Shown: positions 27,722-36,703, numbered from the stretch's first letter. The stretch is DNA of 64,000 nucleotides from Fibrobacterota bacterium (GCA_016715065.1 JADKBN010000030.1:18905-82904); one strand, 5' to 3'. Numbers and translations: made by a program. The notes: generated by a model from the letters alone, not told the origin.

Positions 27722-29278
27722 CTACGCCGGACAAACGAGCCAACGCCCCAGGTTGCGCGTCTGTCGATCGAACTCCACGCCCACCTTCACCACCGTGTGG
27801 CCGTCGGCCTGCCACGCCACGGCGTAGCCCCGAGCGTCGATCTGCGCCAACGCCTGTTCGGCGGTGCCGTTGAGCTTGAACTCGAACACGAACACGTGCG
27901 TATCGGTGCGGACCACCGCGTCGGCACGGCCATTGGCCGACTTCAGCTCGGCTTGCAAAAATTGTCCTAGCAGCGTGAAAACCAGGTAGAAAACCACCTG
28001 GTAGTGCCGTTCCGTCTGGTCGTTCAGGTCGTAGGGGATCTTCTCGAAAAAGCAACGCAGACGCTTCAGGAACGCGTCGACATCGCCGGCGCGCAACTCC
28101 TGCGAGAACTTGGCGATATGGAAGCCACCACGCCCCTTTTCCGCGCCCGAGTAGCTGGGGAGTAAAAAGTTCAGGAAACTGTTGCGCACCTCGGCGTTGG
28201 GGTAGCCGAGCTGGTAGAGACCCAACGATGGATCGTAGCCCTGGATGGTGAGGTACCCGCTTTGGTAGATCACCGGCAAGGGGCGGTCCGCGTCCAGGCG
28301 ATAGTCGGAGAACTCCGGCGAAGCCACCTCGATACCGTCCAGATCCCTAAGGTCGGTGTCGGCCTGCTTGAGAAGCTCCACCAGGAAGGAGGGCGTGCCG
28401 GTCTGGAACCAGAAGTCGCGAAACTCGCCGGTGCGCAGCAGGTTGAGCGTACTGAACGGATTGAAGACGCTGGGCCCGGACGGGTGGAAGCGGTAGCCGT
28501 TGTACATCCGGCGCACCTCGTCCAGAGTGCCATCGAAGGACAATTTCTGCACGTCCGCGAGCTTCTCCAGCTCGGGGCGGAACGCATCCACGAGTTCGTC
28601 CTCGGTGATGCCGCAGACGGCGGCGAAGGCAGCTTCGGTGGATAGGTCGGTCAACTGGTTCAAGTCGCTGAACACGCTCACCTGGCCGAACTTGGTCACG
28701 CCTGTGAGCAGCACGAACTTCAGATGGGCGTCGGAACTCTTGAGGACGCCGTAAAATGCCTTCAGACTATCCTTGTACTCGGGTAGAAGCTCAGGGTTGC
28801 TGAGGACGCTCAACAGGGGTTTATCATACTCATCCACCAGAACGACCACGCGCTTTCCACTGCGTTCGTGGGCGCGCTCGATCACCCCGAGGAAGCGCTC
28901 TGCGGCGGAGCGATCCGTTGGTCCACCTGGATAACGATGCTCCCAGCCTTCAAGATGCCGGTTCAAGATCGCTTGCAGCGCTTCTGGGCTATCGTATTTC
29001 TCCGCGTTCAGGTCCAGCCGCAGAACCGGATACTCGATCCAGTCCTGCTCCAACTGTTCAATAGCCAGGCCAGTGAACAGTTCCTTGCGTCCCTCAAAGT
29101 ACGCCCCGAGAGTAGACAGAAGCAGACTCTTCCCGAAACGCCGGGGGCGCGAAAGGAAGTAGACGCTTCCTTCGGTCGCCAACTTGTGTACGAATGTCGT
29201 CTTGTCGACATACAGATAACCATCCTGCCGGAGGCGAGGAAAGTCCTGGATCCCGATGGGCAACTTCCGAAGGAGCAT
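27722..29278 (-). CDS. AAA-ATPase-like / PD-(D/E)xK (DUF1703-type) protein
   Basis: The ORF is 27722-29413, with a likely start at ATG 29278 (MLLRKLPIGIQDF). YVDKTTFVHKL..FLSRPRRFGKSLLLSTL is the predicted-ATPase N-domain. The C-terminal GRADAVV..VFVFEFKLNGTAEQALAQI is a PD-(D/E)xK-like core. Confidence 0.8.
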   Translation of the reverse strand: MLLRKLPIGIQDFPRLRQDGYLYVDKTTFVHKLATEGSVYFLSRPRRFGKSLLLSTLGAYFEGRKELFTGLAIEQLEQDWIEYPVLRLDLNAEKYDSPEALQAILNRHLEGWEHRYPGGPTDRSAAERFLGVIERAHERSGKRVVVLVDEYDKPLLSVLSNPELLPEYKDSLKAFYGVLKSSDAHLKFVLLTGVTKFGQVSVFSDLNQLTDLSTEAAFAAVCGITEDELVDAFRPELEKLADVQKLSFDGTLDEVRRMYNGYRFHPSGPSVFNPFSTLNLLRTGEFRDFWFQTGTPSFLVELLKQADTDLRDLDGIEVASPEFSDYRLDADRPLPVIYQSGYLTIQGYDPSLGLYQLGYPNAEVRNSFLNFLLPSYSGAEKGRGGFHIAKFSQELRAGDVDAFLKRLRCFFEKIPYDLNDQTERHYQVVFYLVFTLLGQFLQAELKSANGRADAVVRTDTHVFVFEFKLNGTAEQALAQIDARGYAVAWQADGHTVVKVGVEFDRQTRNLGRWLVCPA

Positions 29279-29577
29279 TGGACAAAGATACCTCCTGCAG
29301 ACCACTCCCCTCCCCACCGGTCCGAGCGCCAGCGTGCGTTCCGGAAGGTGAACAAGCTCAGCAGGAACATTGGGAATTCTGGGTTGATCTTGACCAGAGA
29401 ATGGTCGCAGCACTCATCGAAGAACACGAGCCAGCCGGTATTTTTCGAACATCGCCGCTCATCGCACCGGAAATCAAGAGCCATGATCCACAAAGCGAGA
29501 AATGTTGCATCGATGATCCACAACCACTGCAAGGCGTTCGCGCTCGGACCGAAGGGCCTCAATGGGGTGAGGAATAA

Positions 29578-29628
29578 AAACAAAAACGGCCCGCATCGCT
29601 GCGAGCCGTTTCGTGAGTTGGGGTACAA
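29578..29628 (-). repeat. Direct repeat copy L: last 11 nt of tRNA-Gln plus its terminator hairpin (att-like)
   Basis: Of its 51 nt, 44 are identical to 32126-32176. The only difference is a 7-nt block in the hairpin apex (atcgctg versus cgttagg), and both versions keep the stem. The copy contains ttggggtacaa, the tRNA-Gln 3' acceptor end. Confidence 0.85.
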
Positions 29629-29749
29629 TCATCGTAACCCACCAGCATTCATCGAGGTTCCCGGGCGATGGCCGGGACTTTTATCCAATTCCTATCCATT
29701 CGAGAGTACCATCCAACGGACGGCCTCAGAACATTCCCGACATGTCAAA

Positions 29750-30163
29750 GATCCGATATGGAAACTTACCACAGGATTGAAATTGAAGGGATCGCGTCAA
29801 TGGAGATGGCTTGAGATCCCAGGGCCCCAGACCTCGATGGACACCAGCAGCACGGATGGACTGATCTTCGATGGCGAATCGCTGGCTGTCGGTCGCATCA
29901 AAGAGGATCAATTCTACGAAGGCATCCGCGTGCGGTTGGTTTGCTACTTGGAGAAGACGAGAATCCCACTTCAAGTGGACATCGGGTTCGGGGACGCGGT
30001 GACCCCGACGGCAAATTCTGTCGAATATCCATGTCTTCTGGATGCTCCAGCCCCTCGGCTCAACGCCTATCCCATGGAGACAGTGGTCTCCGAGAAATTC
30101 CTCGCCATCGCGTCGTTGGGAATGTCCAACTCCCGCATGAAGGACTACTATGAACCCGACTGA
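29750..30163 (+). pseudogene. Fragment of an AbiEii/AbiGii-type nucleotidyltransferase toxin (type IV TA)
   Basis: The tail of ORF 28868-30163 reads ..DGLIFDGESLAVGRIKEDQFYEGIRVRL..IPLQVDIGFGDAVTP..PCLLD..LNAYPMETVVSEKFLA..NSRMKDYY. This matches the middle of the AbiEii (DUF1814) family. The N-terminal GGT..NTase motif region and the C-terminus are missing. The 5' boundary is approximate. Confidence 0.6.
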
Positions 30164-31874
30164 GGCTTGGGAACGGCGAAAGCTCGATCTCGAACGTCGG
30201 ATCACCGAAATTCGGGAAGATCTCAAACTCGCCGAAGCGGAACTAAACGCTCACCTCCAGCAACTACCGAAATCGGCACCCGTCGTCGAATCGACACTGT
30301 CTCCGGATGACAAAATTCGACTGTTCCGAGAGCGATTCGTAGGTCGTGACGACGTGTTCGCTCGCCGTTGGGAAAATCCACGCACGGGCAAGTCGGGATA
30401 CTCGCCCGCATGCGGCAATGAATGGGTTCGCGGCATCTGCGAAAAACCAAAGGTCCGCTGTGCGCAATGCCTGCACCGCGACTTTCTCCCACTGGACGAT
30501 TCCGTTCTGAGGGCACATCTTCAGGGCAAGCTGGTTGCAGGAGTCTATCCTCTAACTCACAGCACCGAGACGATCTTCTTGGCTGCCGATTTCGACGGAG
30601 AGTTTTGGCGTAGAGACACCCGGGCCGTACCTCGACGCCAGCGCCGATTACCGAAAAACCCGATCGGCTGAAGGTCATCCACGGGCAGTCGTTGTTCATC
30701 GAGAAAGCCCAATTGTCCACGCCGATCAAGGCACGTCTCAAGCGACTCGCGATCCTCGCCAACCCGGAGTTCCATCGCAAGGAAGCCATGCGACTGAGTG
30801 TTTCCGGAACTCCCCGCGTGATCCGCTGTTTTGAAGAGGACGAGCAGTGGCTCTCGATCCCGCGTGGCTGCAAAGTGGCCTTGGAGAAGTTGGCACGCGA
30901 CCTGGACATCGCCTTGGATTGGGAAGATCAGACTCTCACGGGAAAGCCTTTGGAGACAACGTTCCGCGGCGAACTCCGTGATGGACAAGCGGAAGCGGTT
31001 GCGGCACTGGAGGGCCAAGTTTTCGGGATCCTTAGCGCCCCGCCTGGCTCCGGAAAAACAGTCATGGCCGCCAGCTTGATCGCTCGCCGGAAGGTCAACA
31101 CCTTGATTCTGGTCCATCGCCAGCCTCTGGTGGACCAATGGAAGTCTCGGCTTTCAAACTTCCTTGGGTTGGACCCAAAGGAGATCGGAACGATCTCGGG
31201 AGGCAAATCGCGGCGCAACGGCTCCCTCGACGTCGCCATGGTCCAAAGCCTGATGCGAGATTCTCACGTGGAAGATTGGATCAGCGAATACGGGATGGTC
31301 ATCGTAGACGAGTGCCACCATGTTCCACGAGACCGGTGTTGCGCCCATCGAAGTGGAAGGTGCTGCGGGAATTCAAGCCCAGTTCGGGGCGCTCGCGGAA
31401 CACGGATCCAGAACGTCTCGAATCGTACAAGACACGCTGGCGCTCCTGGACGAAGGGTGCCACCCACTTGTTCTGACAGAACGTGTCGAGCATCTGCAAA
31501 CCCTCGAAGCGGAACTTCGTCCCCATGTCCCGGATCTGATCGTCCTCAAAGGTGGAGAAACCGCCAAGCGACGGAAGGCCAAGGGAGTTGAACTCGGCAA
31601 CCTGGGTGACAACGATCGCTGGGTCATCTTGGCCACGGGCCGGTATATCGGTGAAGGCTTCGACGAGCCTCGACTGGATGCCCTGGTCTTGGCCATGCCG
31701 ATCAGCTGGAAGGGAACGCTGACCCAATACGCCGGTCGCATCCTTCGCCACCATCCCGGCAAGTCCAAGGTCCGTATCCTCGACTATGTCGATGAGGGGA
31801 GGCTGCTCCAGTCGATGGCCAGGAAGCGCCGTGTGGTGTGGAGAGCCCTCGGATTCCGGCAGGTAGTCGGCTGA
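30150..31874 (+). pseudogene. Degraded PrimPol-domain / DExH helicase gene (defence-type primase-helicase), in three frame segments with internal deletions
   Basis: Segment 30150-30671 has the PrimPol-like N-terminus (RLFRERFVGRDDVFARRWENPRTGKSGYSPACGNEW..GVYPL..FLAADFDG). Segment 30692-31330 has the helicase core (SAPPGSGKT, DECHH). Segment 31320-31874 has the helicase C-domain (ATGRYIGEGFD, QYAGRILR). Frames run 0, 2, 0. Motif III and most of the PrimPol domain are absent. Confidence 0.7.
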
Positions 31875-32125
31875 ACTTCGGTACTGTCGTTAACCGATTT
31901 TTATCCAATCGGTAGTGTCAAACTCACCCCAACCTCAGATGAATTGAAAACTCCGCAGCCCGCACGCACCCACGACAGCTGCCTCTAAAAGGGTTCGCAG
32001 GAAACCCTCAATAAACCATTCACGAGGTTTGTGTCCGGATCACGGATCCGAACCAATCGGAAACCCGTTCAGTCCGCTTGCCCGCTGAAATCAGCAACCA
32101 TCGGCCTTCGCGATCCACGGACCAC

Positions 32126-32176
32126 AAACAAAAACGGCCCGCCGTTAGGCGAGCCGTTTCGTGAGTTGGGGTACAA
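32126..32176 (-). repeat. Direct repeat copy R: 3' end of the intact tRNA-Gln plus its intrinsic terminator
   Basis: See copy L. On the minus strand the sequence reads ..CGGCTCGCCTAACGGCGGGCCGTTTTTGTTTGT, a canonical hairpin plus T-run immediately after the tRNA. Confidence 0.85.
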
Positions 32177-32236
32177 GGATTCGAACCTCGATAGTCGGAA
32201 CCAGAAACCGAAGTCCTGCCATTGGACGATACCCCA
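32166..32236 (-). tRNA. tRNA-Gln (anticodon CUG)
   Basis: The reverse complement is TGGGGTATCGTCCAATGGCAGGACTTCGGTTTCTGGTTCCGACTATCGAGGTTCGAATCCTTGTACCCCAA. The cloverleaf folds by hand, the anticodon loop is TTCTGGT, and it closely resembles E. coli tRNA-Gln. CCA is not encoded. Confidence 0.9.
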
Positions 32237-32353
32237 GTTGAGGGGAGTAAAATTATGCGAAAGACCTCGCTTTGTCAAGACCCTGCAAGGCGTGGCGGCC
32301 TCAAGAAGTCCTTGACGGATGCAAGATCCGGGTTAAATTTGTTAACCCTTACC

Positions 32354-32427
32354 GGGCAATTAGCTCAGCTGGTTAGAGCGCGCCGTTCACATCGGCGAGG
32401 TCACAGGTTCAAGTCCTGTATTGCCCA
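32354..32427 (+). tRNA. tRNA-Val (anticodon CAC)
   Basis: GGGCAAT-TA-GCTC-AGCTGGTTA-GAGC-G-CGCCG-TTCACAT-CGGCG-AGGTC-ACAGG-TTCAAGT-CCTGT-ATTGCCC-A forms a perfect cloverleaf. Confidence 0.92.
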
Positions 32428-32454
32428 CTCCCAACGGAGGCTCCGCCTCCAAAC

Positions 32455-32527
32455 GGGGCCATAGCTCAGTTGGTAGAGCGTTTCGTTCGCAATGAAAAGG
32501 TCTGGGGTTCGATTCCCCATGGCTCCA
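32455..32527 (+). tRNA. tRNA-Ala (anticodon CGC)
   Basis: GGGGCCA-TA-GCTC-AGTTGGTA-GAGC-G-TTTCG-TTCGCAA-TGAAA-AGGTC-TGGGG-TTCGATT-CCCCA-TGGCTCC-A. The G3:U70 alanine identity pair is present. Confidence 0.92.
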
Positions 32528-32566
32528 TAAATAGAGGATCTAAAGAGGTCCGAAACAGCAGAAAAA

Positions 32567-32598
32567 CCGCGAAATCTCACTAATTTCGCGGTTTTTTT
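32567..32598 (+). terminator. Intrinsic terminator after the tRNA-Val/tRNA-Ala pair
   Basis: CCGCGAAAT-ctcacta-ATTTCGCGG followed by TTTTTTT. Confidence 0.85.
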
Positions 32599-32739
32599 GT
32601 GCCCAATGGTTCCAGTTAGACCCGTACAGACCCAGTCGTTTTCGTGTACAGGTTGGTGTATCGTCCCCCGAGACCGCTGGTCGGTACACGAAATCGGCCG
32701 GAGGCGGCACCACAGCGGGCTTGCAGGTCGATCAAGACG

Positions 32740-33606
32740 TCAGTTATGCACACAGACGTTCGGCCCTGCTTCAACGCCTCCTGAGGCTGTACCGTGGCTT
32801 CCACGAAGCGCCGGTGGGTGCCGTCTCAGTGGCCGAACTGGATCGACAGCACGAGGAACGGGAAAAGGATCGAAGACCGCCGTCCGGTGATACCAAGACC
32901 GAAGGATCTTGTGGGCATGCCATCGCCGACACGGCGCAGCCCTGGCGTACCATCGAAAAGGGACCCTCCGGTAGAGCGCCTTCAGGCCTAGCAGGTGTGC
33001 GCCTAGCTTTTTGCGCAGCTGGCTCGTTAGGCGCAAAAAGAAAATTGGCGATGGCCGTCGCAGCTTGCGGAGGTAACGGCGCACGGAACGGTCGGAGCCG
33101 GTGTAGCCTTGGTATTCGACCAGCTCCTGCCGTATCCAGCGGGCATATGCCGTTCGGAACGATCTCCAACACGGCAGCGATCACATCAACCAGCTCGGAA
33201 AGCTGCCCACGTTGAGTGGGAGCTCGAAGGGGATCGGCAAAAACCTCGATGGCCACATGCGAATCAATTCGGGTGTCCGGCACCGCCTTGGCAAAGGGAT
33301 TCTGGGTGTCCACCGATGGAAATTCCCAGGCGGACACCGGTGGATCACTTTGAGTCGTTAGCCATTGCCGACGGACCTTCGCAATGGTCTTGGTGTGGAT
33401 TTGGGTTGCTTCTCGGATCCGCCGTACCGACCATCCGGCCGCCAGCATCGATCGCAACGGCTCTGTCTTGTCCATGCGTAGGTGATTTCCCATCCAAGGA
33501 AGGGTGCAGCCTGTACCACCCCGGACCCTTGGTCAACCGCCGCAGCGAATCACTTTGAACCCAGCAAAAGTGTCCGATCCCGAATCACTTTGGGTGTCCG
33601 GCGACA
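32740..33606 (-). mobile_element. Truncated, frameshifted IS21-family element (left end plus 5' part of istA)
   Basis: IstA-like pieces lie in three frames on the minus strand. These are an HTH (MDKTEPLRSMLAAGWSVRRIREATQIHTKTIAKVRRQW), ..RWIRQELVEYQGYTGSDRSVRRYLRKLRRP.., and ..FDGTPGLRRVGDG.. (degenerate RFETxPGxQxQVDxG). Upstream at 33541-33606 the minus strand reads TGTCGCCGGACACCCAAAGTGATTC..CGGACAC..CAAAGTGATTC, which is like IS21 multi-repeat termini. No istB or right end is present. Confidence 0.55.
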
Positions 33607-33857
33607 ACGGGAGGCGTTGTCTGCGGTACGTCCCGGCACGCTGCAGGACCTGGATCCTTCAGCAACGGTTCGATCTGCCGGATGCGCTACGCGTACTCAA
33701 CCAGGTCCCTGTGAAGTGGTAGTTGCACAAGTCCAGGTAGCACTGCGTAGGTCAACGGTGTTCGCACGACCAAACTCGCGACCTGACCACCCGAGAAATC
33801 GACAGAGCCAGGTGGAGTCGAGCGGGTCATGGTGGTGACCCGGCCGACACACTTCAT

Positions 33858-34424
33858 CTAGGGGATTGGGCGAATCCTACTAAACCCTGGATCCGGTTGC
33901 AGCTCGATCACACCCGATTTTCTGCGAAAGGGTATTGGCGGGGCGAATGACAATCTGTAGAAGGTTTGCCACTCTCCCCATGATCCCGTGGAATTGATCC
34001 GGTATGCTGTTCCTTCGATGAAGGCTGTCCCCTTGAGGTCGATGTCATTTAGGCGATCCGCCTCGGTCAACGTCGAACTGGAGCCTTGGAAGAGATTGAC
34101 CACGCATCCGTTGATCTCGATCTCCACCCATTCGTCGGCTTGCCAGTTGTAGGTTTCCTTGCAGACGGATTCTGACTTGGCGAAGTACTTCGCATAGTAG
34201 GCCTTCACCACGTTGTACAAGGAGTCTCCGTTGGAGTCCACCTCATAGTAGAGGGCTGGCAGATTGCGTGATGGTCGAGGAGGCTCTTCAGCTTCAACAG
34301 GACGCGTGCCACGATCTCCTCCGCAACCCGATAGGATGAAGCCAACGAAAAGGAAGGCTATGGCTGTCACCGCATTCAAACCTCGCCCCCACAAGAGGTG
34401 GCATGTCAAAATTTGATGCGTCAT
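33858..34424 (-). CDS. Lipoprotein, unknown function (possible orphan immunity protein)
   Basis: 188 aa. AVTAIAFLFVGFILSGC is a lipobox. It lies at the distal end of the toxin locus. No family was recognised. Confidence 0.55.
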   Translation of the reverse strand: MTHQILTCHLLWGRGLNAVTAIAFLFVGFILSGCGGDRGTRPVEAEEPPRPSRNLPALYYEVDSNGDSLYNVVKAYYAKYFAKSESVCKETYNWQADEWVEIEINGCVVNLFQGSSSTLTEADRLNDIDLKGTAFIEGTAYRINSTGSWGEWQTFYRLSFAPPIPFRRKSGVIELQPDPGFSRIRPIP

Positions 34425-34712
34425 TCAGCAGCCTGTTGGAAAAAGGGAAATGAGGTGACGGCAAAACCCATGATTGATCCTGGCTTGTTGTTGTTAAGGC
34501 AGGATAGCTTCGAATTTTGATCACGCCACACCCAACCCGGTCTCTGTGAGAGTGCAGATGCACGAGTCCCGGTAGCCTTGCGTTGGTCACCGGTGTGTCC
34601 AAAGAACTGGCACACCCGCCAGGGAAAACGGTGGACTCCGCGCGACGGACATATATCGCTCCCACCGGAAAAGCGCTGTGGTGGGAAAGCGACCCCTATT
34701 TTTCTACAAAGG

Positions 34713-34910
34713 ATGAGCGTCCGCAATTGGTACATCGCCTTTTGCGCCATCATATTCTTGGCCAAGGCTTTCATTACCCCTCCGTGGTCGATTGCAACCA
34801 AAGAATGGGTCACGCAATACATTTCGCTACTTGCCGATTTCATAACAATTCTAGGCTTCCCCTATCTTCTGATGACCCTCATCAAGGAAAGGCCGGCCAA
34901 AAAGGAATAG
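34713..34910 (+). CDS. Possible small two-TM membrane protein
   Basis: An internal ATG of ORF 34578-34910 gives MSVRNWYIAFCAIIFLAKAF..LLADFITILGFPYLLMTLIKERPAKKE. There are two hydrophobic helices. No other support exists. Confidence 0.25.
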   Translation: MSVRNWYIAFCAIIFLAKAFITPPWSIATKEWVTQYISLLADFITILGFPYLLMTLIKERPAKKE

Positions 34911-35012
34911 TGGAAATCTCCACAACCAGAGAACAAACGCCCCCAAAAAGCGCCTTCAAGAGCGGCTATTGGGGGCGCATACCGCCGAACCGCTTGCCGG
35001 AGACGAGACATC

Positions 35013-35504
35013 CTATTCATTGCTTTGCGAAACAATGACGCCCCATGTTGCCAACAATTGCCATGCAATAATTGGGACAACAAAAGCAATTTCCATTTCA
35101 AAATACGGAAGCTGTTGGACAAAAAAGCCGACAAGAGCGCCCATCATAGGTATTAAAATCAATGAAATTGACCGCGAACTCAAACCCAAAGAAACTTGAA
35201 GAAACACATACAATGAGATCGCATTTATGATTGGCAGCAGCGCCCAGTCTGCAATTCCAATCTTCTGCAAGCCCCCGGAGAACATCAGCATTGCAGGCAT
35301 TCCCAATACAGACAAAGCGAAGCAAATCCACTTTCTTTGCTTAACAAGAAAAGCCATATGCAAGCCAAGAAGCAGCCCGGGTATTAGCAATGAGGCCATA
35401 AAGAAGGCAGATCCAAAAATGCGTTTCCCACCGACCACTAAAGATGCTGTCACAATGGAAACAGCCAGCGATAACAGAGCATTACGAGCAATGTTACTCA
35501 TCAC
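35013..35504 (-). CDS. Integral membrane protein (4-5 TM), unknown function
   Basis: 163 aa, almost entirely hydrophobic helices. It sits in the AT-richer block downstream of the toxin/immunity pair. Confidence 0.6.
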   Translation of the reverse strand: MMSNIARNALLSLAVSIVTASLVVGGKRIFGSAFFMASLLIPGLLLGLHMAFLVKQRKWICFALSVLGMPAMLMFSGGLQKIGIADWALLPIINAISLYVFLQVSLGLSSRSISLILIPMMGALVGFFVQQLPYFEMEIAFVVPIIAWQLLATWGVIVSQSNE

Positions 35505-35565
35505 CCCTCTTTTCTTGACTGAAATCCAAAGACTTTTGCCAACGGCCTCAGGCTAGAGGATTTCG

Positions 35566-36045
35566 TCAAATCTTATTGAATCGAAACCACTGAGAGGGAC
35601 CCACCAGAAGTTCGAATGAGGTTCCGGGCACGACCCAGCGGAATAACGAGGGCTCACCAAAGAATGCGATCTCATCTTGAGTCAACTTGGAGAGAGGAGC
35701 GCAACCCGTTCCTGTGTACGCGAAATTCACTCCGACCCCTTTGACCAGATTGATTTCCAAGCCGACCATTCCTTCCTCCGTGACCAGCCGGGCAGTTCCT
35801 GTATCCTGTTCAGTCACGCAAGCCCCCATCTCACGCTTGTAGATGACTTGGCTATCAGGCCCGAAGGTCATGGTCTGGTATTCTCCCTTAACCATCTCGG
35901 CGGACTTGTAAGCACCCTGGAGAGTCCCAGCAGTGTTTGTGGAGCCTGGATTTGCGGTGGGCGCCGTGGTGGAACCACCAGACGACTTGTCGTCGCAGGC
36001 AACGAGGCCAACCAATAGGGCAGAGAGAGCGATGAATTTGCGCAT
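35566..36045 (-). CDS. Lipoprotein, unknown function
   Basis: The ORF is 35566-36234. ATG 36045 gives MRKFIALSALLVGLVAC (lipobox), followed by a Ser/Gly/Thr linker. Confidence 0.6.
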   Translation of the reverse strand: MRKFIALSALLVGLVACDDKSSGGSTTAPTANPGSTNTAGTLQGAYKSAEMVKGEYQTMTFGPDSQVIYKREMGACVTEQDTGTARLVTEEGMVGLEINLVKGVGVNFAYTGTGCAPLSKLTQDEIAFFGEPSLFRWVVPGTSFELLVGPSQWFRFNKI

Positions 36046-36136
36046 GAAGGAGTTCCTTCGAAGGATGGAGCGGAGACGAAGAGTAAATATGAATGCTTCA
36101 GAGCTCAACCTTGACACAAAGCCACATTGAAATTCT

Positions 36137-36703
36137 TCATCGCTTCTTTGTCGGGGGCTCCGGAGGAATTGGAATTTTCCAATCCACAGATAGCTGCAAC
36201 CACTGGAGCGCAGATTTTCCCAATTCCTCATCACTCTCAGGAAGGACCGTCTTGAATTCGCGAGAGATATTTGTTTCTACTTTCAGCTTCTCCAATAGCC
36301 GCTGCTCAGTGAAAGTTATATTTGGATAAATTTCACCAATTGCCTCAGGATCATCCGTATAGGTGTGCAACGAAATTGTTGGATACGTATTCGGCGTCTT
36401 CTTGAACGCAACGTCCGTATTTAGATACTTTCCATTCTCCTTATAGAAACTCCTATATTCTTCACAGGGAATAGTTCGCGGACGAAGGCTAAGAAAATGC
36501 CTTACAGCCTGCCCAAATTCGAGGGCATTCACACCCTTATCATTGAAGAGATACTGCTCTGGGTCAGTTTGATCTGGCATCCACATCTCCGGAAAGCTAC
36601 ACCATCGCATCAGGACAATTTTGCTCCCGTATTTCCGAATTTCAATTGACGCTTTCCAACCGGATCTGCGCCTATCAAACAATGCAACATCAGAGATATT
36701 CAA
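36137..36703 (-). CDS. Candidate cognate immunity protein for the upstream toxin
   Basis: 188 aa with no signal peptide. Its start overlaps the toxin stop by 14 nt (36690-36703). This is the position typical of polymorphic-toxin immunity genes. No family was recognised. Confidence 0.55.
   Translation of the reverse strand: MNISDVALFDRRRSGWKASIEIRKYGSKIVLMRWCSFPEMWMPDQTDPEQYLFNDKGVNALEFGQAVRHFLSLRPRTIPCEEYRSFYKENGKYLNTDVAFKKTPNTYPTISLHTYTDDPEAIGEIYPNITFTEQRLLEKLKVETNISREFKTVLPESDEELGKSALQWLQLSVDWKIPIPPEPPTKKR

Noticed and set aside
29400-33850. Integrase or recombinase gene expected next to the tRNA-associated repeats
   Set aside because: No tyrosine- or serine-recombinase-like translation was found in any frame. 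Only IS21 istA remnants are present, so the islet is called decayed rather than an active element.
34421-34843. 140-aa minus-strand ORF in the gap between the membrane-protein and lipoprotein genes, considered as a displaced toxin fragment
   Set aside because: Its sequence is Cys/Arg/Gln-rich with no motif or signal. No similarity to the toxin C-terminus is visible.
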